Position numbers and translations under genes: made by a program. From contig SGZL01000001.1 of NCBI GenBank assembly GCA_004213955.1, positions 111,552 through 175,551 of the forward strand: DNA of 64,000 bases, read 5' to 3'. The notes beneath the pieces are model-generated. The model ran no database searches. It saw only the letters and a program-made list of their open reading frames with translations, and was not told the DNA's origin. Each line of letters opens with the position of its first letter. The stretch's first letter is position 1. Source of the DNA: Gammaproteobacteria bacterium. GTDB taxonomy: Bacteria; Pseudomonadota; Gammaproteobacteria; Magnimaribacterales; AG-339-G14. This document shows, piece after piece, positions 57,852-64,000 of the stretch.

Positions 57852-58977
57852 AAAAATAAATTTTTTTCTTTTGACATGCGCCTGTGCTCTCATAATTGGA
57901 TGCCAGTCTGATGAAATAATTATTGAAGAACCAGCAGAGCTTTTAGAAATTCAATCAGTTATAGAAATTGATAATCTGTGGTCAAAAAATATTTTTTCTA
58001 ATCCTTCAGCTGGAAAAAATAACATCGTACTAGATGATGATGGCATTTATACTTTTTCTTCTGAAGGACTGGTAAGTTCATTTTCATCTAAAGGTACTCT
58101 TGATTGGGAAAAAGATCTTAATATCGATTTGTCATCAGGTGTAAGCAAAGAATTTGGCTCCTTATTTGTTACTTCGATTGATGGCGAAGTTTTTTCATTG
58201 AATTCCAATAACGGTAATTTAAATTGGGCCTCATCAGTCGAAGGAGAAAGTTTATCTGTCCCAAGTTCCAATGGTGACATTGTCGCTGTTCAAACATCCA
58301 ATGGCAAAATAACTGCTTTGGGCCTCAAAGATGGTAAGTTTAGGTGGGAATATATTTCAGTTCTTCCCAATTTAAGTTTAAGAGGGACTAGTTCTCCTGT
58401 ATTTGATGATCTAGCGTTATATGTTGGTTTCGCAAATGGAAATTTGGCTATGATTGAACCTAGATCTGGAGTTGTTCAGTGGGAAGTACCAGTAACTATT
58501 TCAAAAGGAGCTTCAGAGATTGAAAGAATTATTGATGTAGATTCTAAACCTAAAATTTCTTCAGGGATTGCTTTCGCTACAACTTATCAAGGAGATGTAT
58601 CTGCAATTAACGTGAGAACAGGAAGGGTAATTTGGAGACAAAGTTTTTCATCAACTAAAGACATATTGGAAGTTGAAAGAAACATCTTTGTTGTAGATGA
58701 AGAAAGTGAAATTCAAGCTTTTTCTGGATTAACAGGCATTAACCTCTGGAAAACAAGTGACTATCGGTTAAGAAATCTAACTGCACCAGTTAAAATTAAT
58801 AACTATTTAGTAGTTGGAGATTTTGAAGGATATTTACATTTTATTGATATAGAAAATGGCTCTGCAATTGGAAGGTATCGTGCAAGTAGATCAGGCATTC
58901 TTACCTTACAGACCTACAAAAATTCTCTAGCAAGTCTAGACATATCAGGAAGATTAACTTACCTTGAGGTTAAATAG
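57841..58977 (+). CDS. bamB: Outer membrane protein assembly factor BamB
   Basis: Lipobox LIIGC. PQQ-like beta-propeller repeats (W..., G.V.A....G...W). Confidence 0.88.
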   Translation: MMNKKINFFLLTCACALIIGCQSDEIIIEEPAELLEIQSVIEIDNLWSKNIFSNPSAGKNNIVLDDDGIYTFSSEGLVSSFSSKGTLDWEKDLNIDLSSGVSKEFGSLFVTSIDGEVFSLNSNNGNLNWASSVEGESLSVPSSNGDIVAVQTSNGKITALGLKDGKFRWEYISVLPNLSLRGTSSPVFDDLALYVGFANGNLAMIEPRSGVVQWEVPVTISKGASEIERIIDVDSKPKISSGIAFATTYQGDVSAINVRTGRVIWRQSFSSTKDILEVERNIFVVDEESEIQAFSGLTGINLWKTSDYRLRNLTAPVKINNYLVVGDFEGYLHFIDIENGSAIGRYRASRSGILTLQTYKNSLASLDISGRLTYLEVK

Positions 58978-58984
58978 GTGAGAG

Positions 58985-60373
58985 TTGACTATGGGGCCAT
59001 TAATCGCAATTATCGGAAGACCAAATGTAGGCAAATCAACTTTGTTCAATTCTCTTGTGGGACAAAATTTATCGTTGGTCGCAGATTTTCCTGGGTTAAC
59101 TAGAGATAGAAAATATGGTTCTGCATATATAAATAATTTTTCTTATATTTTTATTGATACCGCTGGAATAACAGACTCAGATGACGAGTTTGAAAAACAG
59201 GTTCTAAATGAAACTCAAAAAGCTTTAAAAGAGGCTGATGGCTTTATATTTTTAGTGGATGCTACAACTCCTCTTAATTCATTAGATTTAGAGATAAATG
59301 ACATGTTAAGAAAATCTGGAAAAGATTACTTGTTATGTGTAAATAAGTCAGACCAAAAAAGTTCTGAGAAGAACCTTCAAGATTTCTTTGAACTTGGTGT
59401 AAAAATAACTTTAAAAATTTCTGCTAAAAACAAAAATGGTCTTATGGACTTAAGAAATAAAATTTCTGAGCAATTCATTTCTAACGTATCTGATAATAAA
59501 GATTTTAAAGAGGAAAATTTAAAAAAAATTGGCATACTTGGCAAACCCAATGCAGGAAAATCTACTTTTTTTAACAAGATCTTAAAAGATAATAGATCAA
59601 TTGTCTCGAAAGTTCCCGGAACCACCGTTGACTCAATAACTGAAGAAATAAAGTTCAAAAATCAATTAATTTCTATTACAGATACAGCTGGACTGAGAAA
59701 AAAAGGCAAGATTAAGAAAGAAAATGAAATTTTTTCTTCTAAAAAATCAATAAACATTATTAGAAATTCAGAAGGGATAATTTATCTTATAGATGGCAAA
59801 GAGACAGTAACTGATCAGGATCTTCATTTACTTTCTTTAATTATATCCTCAGGTAAATCTTTAATAATTGGAATAAATAAATCTGAGTCTTTGAGCGCCT
59901 ATGAAAAGACTTTGTTAAAAAAGAGCATTAGCAAAAAATTAAGTTTTGTAAGTCATATTGAAGTAAGTTATATATCGGCCTTAAAAGGTATCGGTACAAG
60001 TATTCTTTTAAATAAGTTATTAAAATTAGTAGATAGAAGCAAAGTTGAATTTAAATCTCAAGATCTAAATAAATTTATTAAAGAGGCTCAAGATATAAAT
60101 CCACCTTCAATGCAAGGAAGATTTAGGCCCAAAATAAAATTCGTAAATATAGGGAGCACATCGCCCCCAACTTTTATTTTTCATGGAAATCAGTTAGAAA
60201 AATTAAATAAAAGTTATAAAAAATATATGGAAAATTTTTTAAGAAAAAAATTTAAGCTGCAAGGAATTCCGATTCAATTAATTTTTAAAGCTAATGAAAA
60301 TCCCTTTAAAGATAAAAAAAACAAACTTACAAAACGGCAATATGCTAAGAGAAAAAGGGTAAGAAGTCATTGA
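58985..60373 (+). CDS. der: Ribosome-associated GTPase Der (EngA)
   Basis: TTG start. Tandem G-domains (GRPNVGKST, GKPNAGKST). Basic C-terminal KH-like tail. Confidence 0.95.
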   Translation: MTMGPLIAIIGRPNVGKSTLFNSLVGQNLSLVADFPGLTRDRKYGSAYINNFSYIFIDTAGITDSDDEFEKQVLNETQKALKEADGFIFLVDATTPLNSLDLEINDMLRKSGKDYLLCVNKSDQKSSEKNLQDFFELGVKITLKISAKNKNGLMDLRNKISEQFISNVSDNKDFKEENLKKIGILGKPNAGKSTFFNKILKDNRSIVSKVPGTTVDSITEEIKFKNQLISITDTAGLRKKGKIKKENEIFSSKKSINIIRNSEGIIYLIDGKETVTDQDLHLLSLIISSGKSLIIGINKSESLSAYEKTLLKKSISKKLSFVSHIEVSYISALKGIGTSILLNKLLKLVDRSKVEFKSQDLNKFIKEAQDINPPSMQGRFRPKIKFVNIGSTSPPTFIFHGNQLEKLNKSYKKYMENFLRKKFKLQGIPIQLIFKANENPFKDKKNKLTKRQYAKRKRVRSH

Positions 60374-60417
60374 TCCCTGTTAACAACTTAATATAATGCA
60401 CGAAACTTTGCTTAAAA

Positions 60418-60789
60418 ATGACTAAACAACCTCTTTTCCTAAACTTATTAAAAATAAGATTGCCAATAACTGCAAAAGCTTCAATCACACACAGAATTGC
60501 AGCAGTAGGAGTATTTTTTCTAATTTTCCCGTTTATGGGAGCAGTTTTAATAGCTGTAAGTTCTCCTGACGGTTTTAGTTATATTCAAGAATTGGGAAAT
60601 TCTATATTCGTAAAAACTTTACTTAATCTTTTTATAGCAGGTTTAACTTATCATTACATTGCCGGTTTAAGGCATTTAATTATGGATTTTGGCTTTTGGG
60701 AGACTTTTAAAGCTGGTTCTTTGAGCGCTTATGGCACTTTTCTTGTTAGTGGAAGCTTAATTATTTATTTTTCAACTTTAATATGGTGA
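60418..60789 (+). CDS. sdhC: Succinate dehydrogenase cytochrome b556 subunit
   Basis: Three TM helices. HR..G motif (THRIAAVG). Canonical position. Confidence 0.85.
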   Translation: MTKQPLFLNLLKIRLPITAKASITHRIAAVGVFFLIFPFMGAVLIAVSSPDGFSYIQELGNSIFVKTLLNLFIAGLTYHYIAGLRHLIMDFGFWETFKAGSLSAYGTFLVSGSLIIYFSTLIW

Positions 60790-61145
60790 CCAAACTTTAT
60801 ACTTTCAAAAGAACTGGGATTTTTGATTATCTCATGGTTAGAGTTTCCGCAGTTTTTCAAGCGCTATATTTTTCAGTTATAACCTATTATTGGTTAACGT
60901 ATATGCCTCTAAATTACACTCAGCTAATGGGTTTTTTTGATATTCTACTAGTGAAAATAGGAACTTTATTAGTATTAATATCGATTTCTTATCACTCGTT
61001 ACAGGGTATTCACCATATTATTGAAGATTACCTTACCGAGGCAAGAGTTGGTAGTGCTTCCAGATTTCTTCAGATTTCTGTTTTAACTTTCAGTTATCTT
61101 CAAATCTTAGGAGCCATTATTTGTACTATTTTCATAATTATTTAG
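60783..61145 (+). CDS. sdhD: Succinate dehydrogenase membrane anchor subunit
   Basis: Three TM helices. Canonical position between sdhC and sdhA. Confidence 0.8.
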   Translation: MVTKLYTFKRTGIFDYLMVRVSAVFQALYFSVITYYWLTYMPLNYTQLMGFFDILLVKIGTLLVLISISYHSLQGIHHIIEDYLTEARVGSASRFLQISVLTFSYLQILGAIICTIFIII

Positions 61146-61154
61146 GAAAATTTT

Positions 61155-62957
61155 ATGGCAATGAATGGAAAAGGATATCTAGACGCATCAAGCTTACCTG
61201 TTAAGGAATTCGATGGAATTATAGTTGGCGGTGGTGGCTCTGGCCTCATGGCTGGACTTCAACTCGCCCAATCTGGAATGAATACTGCGGTCGTATCCAA
61301 AGTTTTTCCAACTAGATCTCATACTGTGTCAGCTCAAGGAGGTATCACTTGCGCTATAGCTAGTGCGGATCCTAATGATGATTGGAGATGGCACATGTAC
61401 GATACGGTTAAAGGTTCTGATTTCATTGGGGACCAAGACTCTATTGAATATATGTGTCAAGAAGGACCTGCAACCGTATTTGAATTAGAAAATATGGGGT
61501 TACCTTTCTCAAGAACCGAAGAAGGAAAAATATATCAAAGAGCTTTTGGAGGACAATCAAAAGATTACGGTAAAGGGGGTCAAGCCGAAAGAACTTGTGC
61601 AGCAGCCGACAGAACAGGTCACGCTCTTCTTCACACTCTTTATCAAGCAAACATCAAAGCCGGTACTAATTTTTTAAGTGAATGGTTTGCAGTCGATCTG
61701 GTGTTAAATGACTCTAATCAGGTAACCGGAGTTATAGCCTTTGAAATTGAATCTGGAGAAGCTTATTTTTTGAAAGCTAAGGCAACAGTTTTAGCTACTG
61801 GAGGGGCAGGTAGAATTTATAAATCTACTACGAATGCTTTAATAAATACTGGAGATGGAACAGGTATGGCTCTTAGGGCAGGATTGGCAGTCCAAGACAT
61901 GGAAATGTGGCAATTCCATCCCACAGGAATTCACGGAGCAGGAACTTTAGTTACTGAGGGTTGTAGAGGTGAAGGTGGATATTTAATCAATAAAGATGGA
62001 GAAAGATTTATGGAGCGTTACGCTCCTAACGCTAAGGATCTTGCAAGCAGAGATGTTGTTGCAAGATCTATGATGCTTGAAATAATTGAAGGAAGAGGTT
62101 GTGGACCAGATAAAGATCATTGTTATTTAAAACTTGATCATCTTGGGGCAGATCTTTTGCACAAAAGACTTCCAGGAATTACTGAACTTTCTAAAACATT
62201 TGCTCATATAGATCCAGCAGATCACCCCATTCCTGTTGTTCCAACTTGCCATTATGCTATGGGAGGCATTCCAACAAATGTTCATGGTCAGGTAATTACC
62301 CAACAATCTGACGGCTCAGACAAAATTGTCGACGGCCTCTACGCTGCTGGAGAAGCAGCTTGTGTGTCAGTGCACGGAGGAAACCGTTTAGGTGGAAATT
62401 CATTATTAGATTTAGTTGTTTTTGGCAGATCCGCAGGACTTCATATTGAAGACTCCTTTAAACAAGGCATAGGTATTTCTGATCCTACGAGTGAAAATAT
62501 TAATGAAGCTCTAAAAAATATTAATCGAGTAAATTCTAGTAAAGAAGGCGAGAATTCTTCGGTTATTAAAAAAGATTTACAAGAAGTCATGCAATTAAGT
62601 TTTGGAGTTTTTAGAAGCGCCAAAAATATGGAGGATGGAATCCAAGAAATTAATGATATTAGAGAAAGATCAGAAGGACTCCATTTAGCAGATAAATCTT
62701 CTAAATTTAACACCGCTAGGGTAGAAGCACTTGAATTGCTCAATTTATTAGAAGTTGCTGAGGCGACAGCAATTTGTGCGAATGAGAGAAAAGAAAGTAG
62801 AGGTGCTCACTCCAGAGATGATTATCCAGAAAGAGATGATGAAAACTGGCTTAAACATTCAATTTATTTTCAAGAGACAAAAGAAGTTTCAAAAAGAGAT
62901 GTAAATTTTAGGCCTAAAATTGTTCAAGCTTTTCAACCCTTTGCCAGAACCTATTAA
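61155..62957 (+). CDS. sdhA: Succinate dehydrogenase flavoprotein subunit
   Basis: GGGGSGL FAD motif. [10 protein letters not shown] (covalent FAD His). 600 aa. Confidence 0.97.
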   Translation: MAMNGKGYLDASSLPVKEFDGIIVGGGGSGLMAGLQLAQSGMNTAVVSKVFPTRSHTVSAQGGITCAIASADPNDDWRWHMYDTVKGSDFIGDQDSIEYMCQEGPATVFELENMGLPFSRTEEGKIYQRAFGGQSKDYGKGGQAERTCAAADRTGHALLHTLYQANIKAGTNFLSEWFAVDLVLNDSNQVTGVIAFEIESGEAYFLKAKATVLATGGAGRIYKSTTNALINTGDGTGMALRAGLAVQDMEMWQFHPTGIHGAGTLVTEGCRGEGGYLINKDGERFMERYAPNAKDLASRDVVARSMMLEIIEGRGCGPDKDHCYLKLDHLGADLLHKRLPGITELSKTFAHIDPADHPIPVVPTCHYAMGGIPTNVHGQVITQQSDGSDKIVDGLYAAGEAACVSVHGGNRLGGNSLLDLVVFGRSAGLHIEDSFKQGIGISDPTSENINEALKNINRVNSSKEGENSSVIKKDLQEVMQLSFGVFRSAKNMEDGIQEINDIRERSEGLHLADKSSKFNTARVEALELLNLLEVAEATAICANERKESRGAHSRDDYPERDDENWLKHSIYFQETKEVSKRDVNFRPKIVQAFQPFARTY

Positions 62958-63694
62958 TGAATAGTATTGCTGCGGAACAACTGAAAACTTTAAAAATTAG
63001 TATCTACAGATACGACCCTGATATTGGTAAAAAACCATATATGCAGAGTATGGATATAGATATTCCTAAGGACAAAGACATCATGGTTCTTGATGCACTG
63101 CAACTTGCAAAGGAAATTGACCCAACAATATCTTTTAGGAGATCATGTAGGGAAGGGGTGTGCGGCTCTGATGGGATGAATATTAATGGAAAAAATGGAT
63201 TGGGTTGTATTACTCCCCTTTCAGAGGCTATTCGAGGAAATAAGCTTGAATTAAGACCTCTCCCTGGATTACCTGTAGTGAAAGATCTAATTGTCGACAT
63301 GACACAGTTCGTTGATCAATATAAAAAAATCCAACCCTATTTGATAACTGATAAAGAGACAAATGGGAAAGAAATACCTCAAACAGTTGAAGATAGAGAT
63401 AAGTTAGATGGTTTGTATGAATGTATTATGTGCGGATGTTGTTCAACTGCCTGCCCGTCTTTTTGGTGGAATCCTGACAAATTTCTTGGACCAGCTGCTC
63501 TTCTTCAAGCTTATAGGTTTATTTCAGACAGCAGAGATGTTGCAACTGAAGAAAGATTAGACCAATTAGAAGACGCTTTCAGTGTTTTCAGATGTCATGG
63601 AATTATGAATTGCGTATCCGTTTGTCCAAAAGGATTGAATCCTAACAAAGCTATCAACGAAATAAAAAAAATGCTCTTTAAGAGAGCTGTTTAG
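62957..63694 (+). CDS. sdhB: Succinate dehydrogenase iron-sulfur subunit
   Basis: CREGVCGSDG, CIMCGCCSTACP and CHGIMNCVSVCP motifs. Confidence 0.97.
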   Translation: MNSIAAEQLKTLKISIYRYDPDIGKKPYMQSMDIDIPKDKDIMVLDALQLAKEIDPTISFRRSCREGVCGSDGMNINGKNGLGCITPLSEAIRGNKLELRPLPGLPVVKDLIVDMTQFVDQYKKIQPYLITDKETNGKEIPQTVEDRDKLDGLYECIMCGCCSTACPSFWWNPDKFLGPAALLQAYRFISDSRDVATEERLDQLEDAFSVFRCHGIMNCVSVCPKGLNPNKAINEIKKMLFKRAV

Positions 63695-63747
63695 ATTAAG
63701 AATAGTTTCTTTTTTTATTATTCCTTCTTTGCTACTATTCATTCACA

Positions 63748-64000
63748 TTGAATTTACATGAATATCAGGCAAAATTTCTTTTTAAAGATTACGGTTTACC
63801 TGTATCCAAATCAGAATTAATCTTTCATGAATCTGACATTGATCAAGCAGTATCAAAACTCAACGTCGATTCTTTTGTAGTTAAAGCCCAAGTCCATGCT
63901 GGCGGAAGAGGAAAAGCAGGCGGGGTAATCCTCACTAAAAAGAAAGAAGAAATTAGAGATTTTTGTCAAAAATGGTTAGGAACTAATTTAGTAACTTATC
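63748..64000 (+). CDS. sucC: Succinate--CoA ligase beta subunit, N-terminal part (truncated by the window end)
   Basis: Hand translation from TTG 63748 gives (M)NLHEYQAKFLFKDYGLPVS...VVKAQVHAGGRGKAGGV. This matches the SucC N-terminus MNLHEYQAK...VKCQVHAGGRGKAGGV. Absent from the ORF track because it has no stop codon. Confidence 0.9.
   Translation, partial: MNLHEYQAKFLFKDYGLPVSKSELIFHESDIDQAVSKLNVDSFVVKAQVHAGGRGKAGGVILTKKKEEIRDFCQKWLGTNLVTY

Noticed and set aside
60380-60397. TTAACA ... TATAAT upstream of sdhC as a promoter
   Set aside because: The two hexamers are only 6 nt apart, which is incompatible with sigma70 spacing. The TATAAT alone is not sufficient evidence.
1-64000. Scanned for CRISPR arrays, IS elements/transposases, prophage blocks, toxin-antitoxin pairs and known defence-system genes
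   Set aside because: No regularly spaced direct repeats, no terminal inverted repeats and no transposase- or integrase-length ORFs were found. The only integrase-like signal is the ~80-aa N-terminal segment at 50570-50809. Every ORF longer than 100 aa is accounted for by housekeeping or metabolic functions.

Overview
Very AT-rich, extremely gene-dense core chromosomal DNA. Most neighbouring genes abut or overlap by 1-17 nt, and convergent genes overlap at their 3' ends. Gene order matches gammaproteobacterial (Pseudomonas/E. coli-like) synteny blocks as I recall them. This suggests a streamlined free-living gammaproteobacterium; that taxonomic call is inference only.

Blocks on the + strand unless noted:
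- rnpB (3' part)
- mraZ-rsmH-ftsL-ftsA-ftsZ-ftsI-murE-murF-mraY-murD-ftsW-murG-murC-ddl
- rpsF-rpsR-rplI-dnaB-alr
- an orphan diiron protein
- pyrG-kdsA-eno-ftsB-ispD-ispF-surE-pcm
- small membrane ORF + membrane desaturase; thioesterase and fdxA (-)
- cinA-recA; proS (-)
- fmdB-aspS-yebC-[PD-(D/E)XK nuclease]-ybgC-tolQRAB-pal-cpoB-tRNA-Lys-crcB-hinT
- bepA (-); AI-2E permease; bcp (-)
- dapA-bamC-purC
- a three-gene 2-oxoacid:ferredoxin oxidoreductase operon (-)
- iscS-iscU-[fdx::iscA fusion]-iscX-ndk-rodZ-ispG-hisS-yfgM-bamB-der
- sdhCDAB-sucC (truncated by the window end)

I saw no transposases, prophage, CRISPR arrays or recognisable defence genes.

The most interesting signal is a recurring pattern. 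Canonical multi-gene modules are locally replaced or minimised:
1. sucAB is missing between sdhB and sucC. Elsewhere in the window, a KorAB operon is headed by a GltD-like flavoprotein fused to a 2x[4Fe-4S] ferredoxin domain.
2. The ISC operon lacks iscR, hscB and hscA, carries an Fdx-IscA fusion, and has a degenerate HscA-docking motif in IscU.
3. The ruvC-ruvA-ruvB slot between yebC and ybgC holds a 136-aa Hjc/T7-endonuclease-I-like nuclease.
4. ftsA-ftsZ sit between ftsL and ftsI, and there is no ftsQ in the cluster.
5. ProRS lacks its INS editing domain.

Every 'missing gene' statement applies to this window only and needs a whole-genome check.
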